Below, in pieces: positions 38,501-47,620 of a DNA stretch of 64,000 nucleotides. This stretch comes from an uncultured Gammaproteobacteria bacterium. Lineage in GTDB: Bacteria; Patescibacteriota; Patescibacteriia; UBA1558; S5-K13. The notes under the pieces were generated by a model. That model was not told the DNA's origin and made no database searches. It saw only the letters and a list, made by a program, of their open reading frames with translations. The position numbers and the translations under genes were made by a program. The DNA is taken from the NCBI GenBank assembly GCA_964424195.1, contig CAYRHT010000004.1, forward strand, positions 76,769-140,768. The letters are read 5' to 3'. How positions within the stretch are numbered: the first letter of the stretch is position 1; each line of letters begins with the position of its first letter.

Positions 38501-41500
38501 GGAAATGAATATTAGGAGTTATCAGAATAATTTTAATATTTATGAATGTTCTGATGGAGACGCACCTCTAGAGTTAGAATATTGTAATGAGCTTAAATCT
38601 TTTAATTCTGTAGAAGCGAATACTTTTTTAGAAATAAATACTTTAGATTTTCAAGCAGGATATTGGTATCGAGGAGAGTTATTAGACGAGATTAAAGATA
38701 TAGAAGGTTCTAGTTTAAATGAATATTCTTGGTATTTTAGAATAGATCCTTATGGGGCAATATGTGAACCAGATACTTTAAATATTGAACCTAATAATTT
38801 TGTAAAGACCTATGTAGCTAATGATACTCTTACTTATACAGGATTGTTAGTTGATAGTGAAAATTGTTATGTTTGTGCTAGTGATGGTTATGATTATGAT
38901 TGGGAGAGTAGTGATACAAGTTTAGCTACTATTGCTAATAATAATACTTCAGAAACTGATGTAACTTTAAATGATTATTATAATTTTGGTAATTTAGAAA
39001 TTAGAGCTACTTCTACTTTAGATACTTTAGAGTTAGCTGATGATACAAATTTATACATCGTAGCTAATTGTTCTATTTATGAAGACTCAACAACTTGTCA
39101 TGATAGTGGAGAATGTTGTTGGGATGGAGAAACTTGTGGTTCAGATATGAGTGTTTGTGATGAAGATTGTTTAGTCTATACAGAAGTAGATACTTGTGAA
39201 GCTGATACTTGTTGTTGGGCTAACGAAGAATGTCTCTTTGAAAATAATCCAGATTGTGGTTTACCAATAGATTGTTCTATTTATGAAGACTCAAAAACCT
39301 GTCATGAGAGCGGTGAGTGTTGTTGGGATAGTGGTGATATTTACTCAACTACACCTGAAGGAGGTATTTGTAGTGATGATATGACAGCTTGTGATGAAGA
39401 TTGTTTAGTATATAAAGAAGTAGAGACTTGTGAAGCTGATGCTTGTTGTTGGGCTAATGAAGAGTGTTTATTTGAGAATAATTCAGCTTGTGATTTTGAG
39501 ATAGAAGATCCGGAAGTTGATCCAGTTCTAGATGATTTAATGATCTTATCAAATTATCCAAGAAATGAATCTTCTAATATTTGTCCTAATACTTTGATTA
39601 AAGTGGAATTTGATTTACCAGTAGATGCTGATAGCTTAGAGGGTAATATTGAGTTATTAGAGAGTTCAAGTTTTGGTTCTGCGGCAAATATTGATTTTAC
39701 CTATTCTTCTTACAGAAGATATGATGGAACTTCCGTTTTAGAAATAATTCCTCAAGGGATTTTAGATTCAACAACAATATATCAAGTTAATCTATTAGAT
39801 GGTGAAAATGGTATTAAATCTAATGAGGGTGGGGGATTATCTTGTGATAGTTCTTCTAATGGTAGTATTAATAATGGAAGATGTGATTGGAGTTTTACTA
39901 CAGCTGCTAATGTTTGTGATTTAAGTTATGTGAAAATAGTTAATCCAGTAGATAATTATTATGAATTTAATACTCCAATGATTGGAGAAACCTTTATTGC
40001 TGAAGCTAGAACAATTTCTGGAGATCCAATAGTATCAGTAGCTGGAGTCTATGATTGGCAATGGAAGTGGGAATCTTTTGATGAATCATTAGTGACTTTA
40101 GCAGGAGATAATTCTGATTCTGTTTTAGTTATGCCAGCTAATAATAATGGTACAACAATAGTTGAAGTTAATGCTCTTCAAATTCCATCAGAATCAATTT
40201 GTAATGATTATAGTCAGGCAAGTTGTGAAATTAATTCTTGTTGTTGGGTAGATGGTGTTTGTAGTGCAAATCTAGAAACTTGTGAAGAAAATTTATTAAG
40301 TTTTGCTGGTAAATCTGGTTACAAGGGAATAACTTTGAGTGATGAAGTAGAAGTTGAATTATTTATGTGTGAAAATTCTTGGGCATTTGAAGATAGAAAT
40401 TTTAATTTTAAGTTTAAATATTGTCGAGATGGAGGACTACCTTATTTAGCAGATTCTTTAGAAAATGGTTTGATTATAAATGATTTTGAAGCGGTAGAGG
40501 GAGAAGATTCTTTATTAAGAGAATATATATTTAAATATATACCTGATCCTAATCAACAGGCTAATTCAGGAAATTATAATTTAGTAGATGCTAAATCAAA
40601 TAATAGTCTTATGTCAGAAGTAGGAATTTCTGGTTTAGCAGATAATCAATTAGGATTTAAATTCTTGTCTAAAATATTTAGAGGAGCTGTTTCTTATTTT
40701 TCTAATAATAGAGTTTTGGCAGCCACTCCATCAGGTCAAGGAATTTTACCAAACGATATCTTGGGTTTAAGAATATATCAGAACAAGAATCATTATTCTC
40801 CTATTGCTTGGTATTCTTCTACTAATGTAGTTAATTTTAAAGGTTCACCAAATCCTATTTCGATAAATGGTTATCAAGGTCTTAAAGATGGTCGAACCAC
40901 TTATGTTAATGCTGCTAACAAAGTAGATAATAGTATTTATACAAACATTTCCTTAATTTCTCATAATCAAGATGCTATCTTAGAAACTGTAAATATATTT
41001 AATCAGTTAGTAGATAATTGGAAGTTTAATATTAATATGCGTCCTGATTCTAAATCTCAACTAATTGAAGATGTTCAAAGATGGGAAGATTTAAGAAGAA
41101 TGGAAAGTAATTTAGATAATTATGCTGCTCAGAATAAATATTGTGCTTATGTTTCTGATCCTGTGGCTGGAGCTTGTGGTACCTATCCAATTCAATATTA
41201 TCATTTTGATTTAAATGGTAACAAGACTATTGATTCAGCAGAATGCTATAACGTTTCTGCAACAAAATCATGTAGTAGTGACTCTGAATGTCAGAATAAT
41301 GATATGGGTTATGATCAGTGTGTAGGTGTTTATCCAGAGCTTAATGAAGGAACTTATGTTCAAGGAATATCAACTTCTGCTTGGCCTTCTTGGAATTCTA
41401 CTTTGGCTAATCAAATGGGAACCTCTTTACCAATTGATCCTGTAAATGAATTTAATTCTTGTAGTGCTTCTTATGATCAGCAAACTTGTTGGGATGTTGA

Positions 41501-44500
41501 AGGACAGACATTCTCTTGTCCAAGAGATTCACATATTTATTATTATCAAGCAAGTAATAGTAATAATATAGATAAAAGAGCTTTAAGTTTTAATTTATAC
41601 AGTTTATTTAATTTTAATACTAAGAATGATAGTTATTGGAATGGTAGTGGTATAAATAGGACTTTTAATTCAGCAATTAATAGTTTTAATAGTCTTAACT
41701 TAAATAATTATGATGTTTGTAATGATCAAGTTTCAGCTACTTGTGGAAACGGTATTAAGGAATTAGGAGAAGAGTGTGAGTACGGTCAAACATTATCTTT
41801 GTGCAGTAACATTACCCATAGAGGATATTATAATCCTACTGAAGTTGGTTGTCGTTATGATTGTCAGTGGCCAGCTCATATCAATGATCCAGAAGATTGT
41901 TTAAGTTGTGGAGATGGTGTATTTAGTCCAGAATATGGAGAAGTTTGTGAACTTGGTCAATCAGAGATGTTCTGTGAAGACAGTTGGAATCCTCAAGAAG
42001 TTTCTTGTGTTGCTTGTCAGTGGCCAGATTTAGATGAATGTGAATATTGTGGAGATGGTGTTTGTGATATTGATCTTGATAATAATGGTGTTCCTTTTGA
42101 AGGAAGTGATCCAGGAGAAGATAATTTTTGTTATCAAGATTGTGAAGATGGATGTGGTGATGGTATTTGTGATCATGAGTTTGAAGATGCTTATTCTTGC
42201 TATATTGATTGTGGTGATTGTGGTGATGAAATAGTATCTGGCTGGGAGGAATGCGATTTGAATATTGGTGAAGAATGTTTAGCTGGTGATTATGGTGGAC
42301 ATTATCAATGCATAAATAGTGGAGATGATGAATGTACTTGGTCTGATGAATGTACTCCAGATGGTAATTGTGGTGACGGAGTTGTAAATGGTAATGAATT
42401 ATGTGAAATTAATGATATTGGTCCACAGTGTGAGAGAAATACGGATGCTTATTGGGGTAATCGGGAATGTATTGTTACTACTGAAACTCAACCATATAAT
42501 TCAGAAGATTGTTTTTGGCATCTTAATACAGAAGAGGATAATATTTGGTGTCCAACAGATGAATCATGTGGTGACGGAGCTATTAATGGTCTTGAAGAAT
42601 GTGACGATGGAAATAATGCAAATGAAGATGGTTGTGATTCTAATTGTTTATTAGAATGTGGTAATGGTGAGATTGAGCCTTTAGAAGAATGTGACGATGG
42701 AAATAATGTAAATGAAGATGGTTGTGATTCTAATTGTTTGTTTGAATGTGGTAATAGTCAACATGAATATTGGGAAGTTTGTGACGAAGGATCTTATAAT
42801 AACGATGATTGCTCTCCTTATTATCAATTTGAACAATCTGGACATACTTATTGTCAGACTGATTGTTTGTCTGAGTGTACGGTACAAGGTAATTATTGTG
42901 GTGATGGAATTGTTCAATCTTCTTATGAGGACTGTGATACTCCTGGTTTATTAGAAATTTATACAGAGAAGAAGATGGAGATAGTATTTATTTTTGATAT
43001 GACTTCTAGTATGGGTGATGCTGCAACTGAATTATGTGGTGCTTTAGGGTCTGTAGCGTCAGATTTATATGAAAGAAAAGAAAACAATGAAATACAAGAT
43101 TATAAAATTACAGTTATGACATTGGGTGATTTAGAAGATGGAATTTTGAATAATAATCCTAATGATAACATTATTAGGACTGATGGTAATAATCCTTTGG
43201 TGTTTAATAATTTAGTTACTAATTGTGGAGTTTATCAAAATCTTAATAATTCATCTTATCCAGAATATGATAATATATCATATGCGAGTTTTTGGGATAA
43301 TGATAATAATAATTTAAATATTAATTTACCATCAGATGATAGTGAATGGTTTAATAATCTTTGTGGCCCAAATGGTCAAGGAGATACACAAGAGCATTGG
43401 GGATATGCAGTTGAAAAAGTAGCAACAAATTATAATTGGGAAAATGATTATCAAAGAATAATTATACCAGTTAGTGATGAGGCTGCTTATTGTGGAAATG
43501 ATTTTAATGATTATGATGATTATGATGAATCGACTTCTAATGGTAATGCATTGGATGGTTGGAATTTTACGGAAATATTAGTAGATACTGTTAACGCTTG
43601 TAATAATTCTGATCAACAAATTTATTTAAATCCCGTATTAATAAATACTGAACTTGCTGGTTTGTATTATAGCGGTCATCCTAGTTATAATGTAGCACAG
43701 GCAATTGCTGATGATACCGGAGGTGTTTTTAATAATACTACAGATAATTGGGCAGAAAGTATTATAAGTCTTGTTGATCACCTTTTCTGTGATGGTAATG
43801 GTGATGGTTATATGGATTGTTTTTTTAGTGGTGATATTCAAGATGTATGTACTTCCTGGACTTATTCAGCATGGAGTGAGTGTATAAATGGTCAACAAAC
43901 AAGAAGTATTCTTTCTTCTTCTCCAGATGACTGTATTAATGGAAATTCTATTTTAACTCAAAATTGTGACGTGTGCGTTTCCTGGACTTATTCAGCATGG
44001 AGTGAGTGTATAAATGGTCAACAAACAAGAGAGGTTTTAACTTCTTATCCATATAATTGTATTGATGGAGATCCTGTTTTAACTCAAAATTGTGCCGGAG
44101 AGGACGAATGTGCAAATAACTATGTTACAAATGGTAATTTTTCATCTGGTTTTAATTGTTGGAATTCAAGTACAAATTTTGAGAATATGAATACTGATAA
44201 TAATATATTTGAAGTAAATATTATTGGTGGAGGGAGTAATAATATGTATTTTTCATATGATAATTTTCTTTTTATAGAAGGTGAAACATATAAATTATCT
44301 TTTGATTATGATACAACATCTGATCTTGTGCTTGGAGTTAGTAGTGTTTCTGGTTCTTCTATGCCTATTGGTGTAATGAGTTCTTATTGTACTGTTGATA
44401 GTTGTGAGTGGATTTTTACAGCATCTTCTCAGCAATTCCTATTTTCATTCCCACCAAATGTAAATAATCAGACAATGCATTTAGATAATATTGAGATTGT

Positions 44501-44516
44501 CCATATACCCGATTAA
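35526..44516 (+). CDS. Giant (2,996 aa) multi-domain surface protein: pilin-like N-module, Ig-like repeats, Cys-rich repeats, VWA, TSP1-like repeats, CBM-like tail
   Basis: Uninterrupted 8,991-nt ORF; CG[DN]G..EECDDGN.NEDGCDSNC repeats; MIDAS FDMTSSM; W-S-x-W-S-E-C repeats. Confidence 0.75.
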   Translation: MIKKKKNIFRLLTLSMIGIFALPLVSFAQILVPQVAGLGTADIKTVAGTLIQVFLGLLGLIALVIVLVAGFKWMTSGGNEEKVSEAKKMLIAGVIGLVIIMASYVITSFILDSIQGAIDGPGEDDQTCSVGVCYTCNRCDSDGDLIYDNTCPGCNNSIADFNFRTNWYSPQSNNVSLCSMIQIKFNANLDQDYFNDNIKPGSTPIGTSQSQSLFHFYECLEYADNQCVKVSDDLVENSSQFTINENILQFRLGEDYAEDTYYVVDLPLKGIKQEGESKYLSNNLTWTFKTGKETDINPPTVINVFPGPEGEVCLNSYIEIEFSEDMDLNSLKDLEAFRLYENIPDNLSDIEFLHSVQNDKLIVHPDRNYNLNHNYFPVLNGDVIKDTCGNLLDGDFDGKSEYAPTDDYPTNGPSVAWNFKTGENEYCQPQITGVTSETYYDDDSPLTITGHYLSGGTTLVFNDDLVIDENSNLCLNDSYWPDDLCAAGTWEVNEINTFIPADGGDSFGVIAEKPSIKIQTDQGSTEENFALLSPRIVKISPDRGGKGQYISVLGNNFDEFQDINFAESKIFFRSESDEYLEADLPCDKEGWKNNSIVITAPEGLEVNSSYRIQIKKVLVNDVEYWSNLGDYYYNEEDAGPGLCSINKETIEYEDEFILDGFKLGDSNIERRVVLGDDYNSTSAPTINWGDPVDGQDTRVVAQAPNLASADDIGVRVAVEIDGELRFSNYLNVDVLSDFSDQFYISYISPEVASVGEYITIYGSGFGNSQGDQTVRFYNNTFTWPEGDFNFPEACSSVYWQDDQIIVKVPEIFTTLPFESQIKVVNDQIETAAVAVEIDDEDPAPSICSVNPELGTLGDELEIIGEYLNDVDWLTFAYETDDALDIRPNSTNKGVVEVSVPETNTGLISAHNTSGYGNTWNFEYQKVEEGPAEEWDFYGWEFTTCTQCESPRVRVQSCDAELKFSPSPAPGNKFVPLGSNVYIEFEYQDEDPAEMNIRSYQNNFNIYECSDGDAPLELEYCNELKSFNSVEANTFLEINTLDFQAGYWYRGELLDEIKDIEGSSLNEYSWYFRIDPYGAICEPDTLNIEPNNFVKTYVANDTLTYTGLLVDSENCYVCASDGYDYDWESSDTSLATIANNNTSETDVTLNDYYNFGNLEIRATSTLDTLELADDTNLYIVANCSIYEDSTTCHDSGECCWDGETCGSDMSVCDEDCLVYTEVDTCEADTCCWANEECLFENNPDCGLPIDCSIYEDSKTCHESGECCWDSGDIYSTTPEGGICSDDMTACDEDCLVYKEVETCEADACCWANEECLFENNSACDFEIEDPEVDPVLDDLMILSNYPRNESSNICPNTLIKVEFDLPVDADSLEGNIELLESSSFGSAANIDFTYSSYRRYDGTSVLEIIPQGILDSTTIYQVNLLDGENGIKSNEGGGLSCDSSSNGSINNGRCDWSFTTAANVCDLSYVKIVNPVDNYYEFNTPMIGETFIAEARTISGDPIVSVAGVYDWQWKWESFDESLVTLAGDNSDSVLVMPANNNGTTIVEVNALQIPSESICNDYSQASCEINSCCWVDGVCSANLETCEENLLSFAGKSGYKGITLSDEVEVELFMCENSWAFEDRNFNFKFKYCRDGGLPYLADSLENGLIINDFEAVEGEDSLLREYIFKYIPDPNQQANSGNYNLVDAKSNNSLMSEVGISGLADNQLGFKFLSKIFRGAVSYFSNNRVLAATPSGQGILPNDILGLRIYQNKNHYSPIAWYSSTNVVNFKGSPNPISINGYQGLKDGRTTYVNAANKVDNSIYTNISLISHNQDAILETVNIFNQLVDNWKFNINMRPDSKSQLIEDVQRWEDLRRMESNLDNYAAQNKYCAYVSDPVAGACGTYPIQYYHFDLNGNKTIDSAECYNVSATKSCSSDSECQNNDMGYDQCVGVYPELNEGTYVQGISTSAWPSWNSTLANQMGTSLPIDPVNEFNSCSASYDQQTCWDVEGQTFSCPRDSHIYYYQASNSNNIDKRALSFNLYSLFNFNTKNDSYWNGSGINRTFNSAINSFNSLNLNNYDVCNDQVSATCGNGIKELGEECEYGQTLSLCSNITHRGYYNPTEVGCRYDCQWPAHINDPEDCLSCGDGVFSPEYGEVCELGQSEMFCEDSWNPQEVSCVACQWPDLDECEYCGDGVCDIDLDNNGVPFEGSDPGEDNFCYQDCEDGCGDGICDHEFEDAYSCYIDCGDCGDEIVSGWEECDLNIGEECLAGDYGGHYQCINSGDDECTWSDECTPDGNCGDGVVNGNELCEINDIGPQCERNTDAYWGNRECIVTTETQPYNSEDCFWHLNTEEDNIWCPTDESCGDGAINGLEECDDGNNANEDGCDSNCLLECGNGEIEPLEECDDGNNVNEDGCDSNCLFECGNSQHEYWEVCDEGSYNNDDCSPYYQFEQSGHTYCQTDCLSECTVQGNYCGDGIVQSSYEDCDTPGLLEIYTEKKMEIVFIFDMTSSMGDAATELCGALGSVASDLYERKENNEIQDYKITVMTLGDLEDGILNNNPNDNIIRTDGNNPLVFNNLVTNCGVYQNLNNSSYPEYDNISYASFWDNDNNNLNINLPSDDSEWFNNLCGPNGQGDTQEHWGYAVEKVATNYNWENDYQRIIIPVSDEAAYCGNDFNDYDDYDESTSNGNALDGWNFTEILVDTVNACNNSDQQIYLNPVLINTELAGLYYSGHPSYNVAQAIADDTGGVFNNTTDNWAESIISLVDHLFCDGNGDGYMDCFFSGDIQDVCTSWTYSAWSECINGQQTRSILSSSPDDCINGNSILTQNCDVCVSWTYSAWSECINGQQTREVLTSYPYNCIDGDPVLTQNCAGEDECANNYVTNGNFSSGFNCWNSSTNFENMNTDNNIFEVNIIGGGSNNMYFSYDNFLFIEGETYKLSFDYDTTSDLVLGVSSVSGSSMPIGVMSSYCTVDSCEWIFTASSQQFLFSFPPNVNNQTMHLDNIEIVHIPD

Positions 44517-44553
44517 TTTGAATAATAATATTTATATTCTTATTTTTTTATGT

Positions 44554-44583
44554 TATAATTAAATCACTAATCAATTAGTGATT
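44554..44583 (+). promoter_or_regulatory. Extended -10 promoter element followed by a 10-2-10 inverted repeat
   Basis: TGtTATAAT (44551-44559) then aatcactaat-ca-attagtgatt (44562-44583) overlapping the putative start. Confidence 0.4.
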
Positions 44584-45780
44584 TTTATGTTTGAAGATCA
44601 AGACTTACAAAATAAAAAAGAGGATAATACTTTGAACAATAAAGTAGTTCAAAAGGATAATCAAGCTCAGACATCTTATCAAGATAAATTACGTGATAAC
44701 AAAATTGCGGAAGATATTTTTGAAGATGCAGATAAGATACCTGCTGTTGATCAGAAGGTTATAAAGTCAGGTAATGTTCAAGATCCTAGCATCTCTCCAG
44801 TACAGCCTTTAACAGACTATCAAGATCTAGTACAAGAGAGTCAAAATTTAAAAAGTGATAAAATTAAGCCACGGTATTTTATGATTGGTTTAGCAGTTAT
44901 TTTGATTATAATTTCTTGGTTTGGATTTTGGATTTATAAACAATTCTTTACTGGAACTAGAGAAACTGGAGAGGTAATATTAAATACAGAGTCAGAAGAG
45001 ATTAATTTAGATAGCATTTCTGATGAAAATGACAAAATAATAGAAGAAGGTATTAATGTAAATTCTAGTGCTATTTCTAATGATATTGATGGAGATGGTC
45101 TAAGCAATGAAGAGGAAGAAATATTAGGAACAGATCTTAAGAGTTCAGATACAGATAATGATGGTTTATCTGATCGAGAGGAAGTAAAAATATATCATAC
45201 TGATCCGCTTAATGAAGATTCTGATTCAGATACTTATTTAGATGGAGAAGAAGTTGAGAATGGTTACAATCCTTTAGGTAGTGGTAAGTTATTTGATTTT
45301 AGTTTAATCACCGATGAATCTTCTGAAGAAATAGAAACAACTATTAAAGAATTAATAAAGCCAAATATTGATACTAGTGATTGGTCTAGTTTTGGAACAA
45401 GAGTTTTTAATTTGAGTTTTCAGTATCCATTTGATTGGAGTATTAATGAACTGGAGGATAAAGTTGTTATCAGTCCCCTGGATGATCAAATTAGTGATTA
45501 TATAGAGATTGAAGTAAGAGATAATATATTTCAACTTGATTTAGTGGACTGGTTAAGTACTCAAGAAGATTATCCAGACTTTACTCAAGATCAATTAAAA
45601 ATAAATGAAGATCTTGGCTTGGTTGTTAATAGTGATAATCCAGATTGGAAGTTTATAAGTTCAATGTTTATTAGTCGAGGAAGTAAAGTGTATAATTTTA
45701 ATCTATTTAGTGAAAATGATACTAGTGATGGTTTTAATATATTTCAAGCAGTTGTTTTATTAACTGAATTTGGAATTTAA
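44578..45780 (+). CDS. Bitopic membrane protein with TSP3-like Asp-rich repeats (start GTG 44578 or ATG 44587)
   Basis: One TM helix; DIDGDGLSNEEE / DTDNDGLSDREE / DSDSDTYLDGEE repeats. Confidence 0.55.
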   Translation: MIFMFEDQDLQNKKEDNTLNNKVVQKDNQAQTSYQDKLRDNKIAEDIFEDADKIPAVDQKVIKSGNVQDPSISPVQPLTDYQDLVQESQNLKSDKIKPRYFMIGLAVILIIISWFGFWIYKQFFTGTRETGEVILNTESEEINLDSISDENDKIIEEGINVNSSAISNDIDGDGLSNEEEEILGTDLKSSDTDNDGLSDREEVKIYHTDPLNEDSDSDTYLDGEEVENGYNPLGSGKLFDFSLITDESSEEIETTIKELIKPNIDTSDWSSFGTRVFNLSFQYPFDWSINELEDKVVISPLDDQISDYIEIEVRDNIFQLDLVDWLSTQEDYPDFTQDQLKINEDLGLVVNSDNPDWKFISSMFISRGSKVYNFNLFSENDTSDGFNIFQAVVLLTEFGI

Positions 45781-45805
45781 TAAATTTATATGAATTTTAA
45801 ATAGT

Positions 45806-47197
45806 ATGTTTAATGAAAAAGCTCCGGCAACAAATAATAATCAAGAAGGGGAAAGACTTATTGTAAATGAATCTAATGAGGTTTATGATCGAGCTTTTGA
45901 TTCTCCTAGTTCTAATCAAAAAGAACAGAAGAATGATTCTTTACAACAAGTTCCAAATACTCAAGAAGTTTCTTTAGAAAAAAGAGAATTGAAGATAAAA
46001 GATTCTGACATTCACCATATGCCAGATAAATTTCTGAAACCAGAAGGAAAACCCAAAAAAGAGAAAAATATTTTTATAATCCTAGGAATTATTTTAGGAG
46101 TGATAGTGATCGGAATAGTTGCTGCTTTTGCTTTCTTTGCTTTACAGGGAGGAGAGGTGCCCGAGAATAATGAAGTTTTAAATCTGAATGAGAATATTAC
46201 TCCTAGTGAAGAAATGGAAGCTATTGATTCTGAGGAAATGAACTTAGTGACAGCCCAGGGAAGAGATGAAAAAAGAATAAAAGATATTTTAGATATTAGA
46301 AGTGCTTTATCATTTTATTATCAAGACATTGAAAAATATCCTTACCAATTATCTAGTTTAAAAAAATATTTACCAGAAGTTCCTAAGAATCCCGAACCAA
46401 GAGGGGAAGATTATTATTACAAAGTAGATGATGACGGAAGTGTTTATTCTCTAACTTTTGTATTAGAAGAGGGGGTTGAACTTGATAATTTAGTTTTATC
46501 AAGTGGAAAATATGAATTAACTCCTAACTTTGGTATTAGTGCTTATATTGATATTTCCGAGCCAGAAGTAGAACCAGAAATAGTAGAACCAGAACCAGAG
46601 AATGATCCAGGGTCAGGACTATTACCAATACCAAAAATAGGTAATGATAATGATAATGATGGTTTAACTAATATAGAAGAGCTATTATTTGGTACAAAGT
46701 TTGGTCTACCAGATAGTGATTTTGATGGATACATAGATAGTGAAGAATTAATAGCCTTATATGATCCTTTGACAGACGGAGCTATGTTAATTGATAATAG
46801 TGAGATAGTAAGCGTTTATGATAATGAAATATTTAATTATTCTGTTTTATATCCAGCTAAATGGTTAGTTGAAGAAAAGACAGTTGATTTTAAAGAAGTT
46901 ATTTTTTATGATGATGAGAATGGAGACTTCTTCAAGATTCAAATAATTGATAATCCTCAAGGTTTATCAATTCAGGAATGGTATTCATATTTTTCTCCTG
47001 GTTCTAGTCTTAGTAATTTAGAGTATTTTGAAAATGGTAATTTAGTAGGAGTTAAAACAAAAGATGGACTTAATATTTATATATCTAGTGAAAATCAAGT
47101 TTATATAATTTCATATATTATAATTAATACTGAAGAATTAAATTATTCTAAAACTTTTGAAATGTTTAGTAATAGTTTTAAAATGATTGAGTCATGA
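45806..47197 (+). CDS. Bitopic membrane protein with GspG/type-IV-pilin-like globular signature and Asp-rich repeat; paralog of previous
   Basis: TM helix; GRDEKRIKDILDIRSALSFYYQDIEKYP...PRGEDYYYKVDDDGSVYSLTF; NDNDNDGLTNIEE. Confidence 0.55.
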   Translation: MFNEKAPATNNNQEGERLIVNESNEVYDRAFDSPSSNQKEQKNDSLQQVPNTQEVSLEKRELKIKDSDIHHMPDKFLKPEGKPKKEKNIFIILGIILGVIVIGIVAAFAFFALQGGEVPENNEVLNLNENITPSEEMEAIDSEEMNLVTAQGRDEKRIKDILDIRSALSFYYQDIEKYPYQLSSLKKYLPEVPKNPEPRGEDYYYKVDDDGSVYSLTFVLEEGVELDNLVLSSGKYELTPNFGISAYIDISEPEVEPEIVEPEPENDPGSGLLPIPKIGNDNDNDGLTNIEELLFGTKFGLPDSDFDGYIDSEELIALYDPLTDGAMLIDNSEIVSVYDNEIFNYSVLYPAKWLVEEKTVDFKEVIFYDDENGDFFKIQIIDNPQGLSIQEWYSYFSPGSSLSNLEYFENGNLVGVKTKDGLNIYISSENQVYIISYIIINTEELNYSKTFEMFSNSFKMIES

Positions 47198-47616
47198 AAA
47201 GTAATATAAATATTTTAATTAGAAGTTTTAAACTTAAAACTTGGTTTGAAAAAGTAGTTCAAAGATTAGAGAAAGTAGAGAAAATAAAATCAGATCAAAT
47301 GTCAGTAGTTATTGTAGCTGATCAGAGAATTAAAACTTTAAACAGAAAGTATCGGAAAAAGAATAAAGTTACAGATGTCTTAAGTTTTGTAGAGAGTGAT
47401 ATTAATCAGAAGTATAAATTATCAAATGATAGTTATTTAGGAGAGATATTTATTAACTTTAGACAAGCTGAGAGACAAGCCAAAGATCTGAAGACGGAAA
47501 TGTTAAATCTATTAGTACATGGATATTTACATTTACGAGGCTATACTCATGATAATGATCGAGAGATGAAAAGAATAAAAGAATTGACCGAGAAGATAAT
47601 TAAAAAGATTAAATAA
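47194..47616 (+). CDS. ybeY: rRNA maturation endoribonuclease YbeY
   Basis: HGYLHLRGYTHD zinc-binding motif. Confidence 0.85.
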   Translation: MKSNINILIRSFKLKTWFEKVVQRLEKVEKIKSDQMSVVIVADQRIKTLNRKYRKKNKVTDVLSFVESDINQKYKLSNDSYLGEIFINFRQAERQAKDLKTEMLNLLVHGYLHLRGYTHDNDREMKRIKELTEKIIKKIK

Positions 47617-47620
47617 TAAA

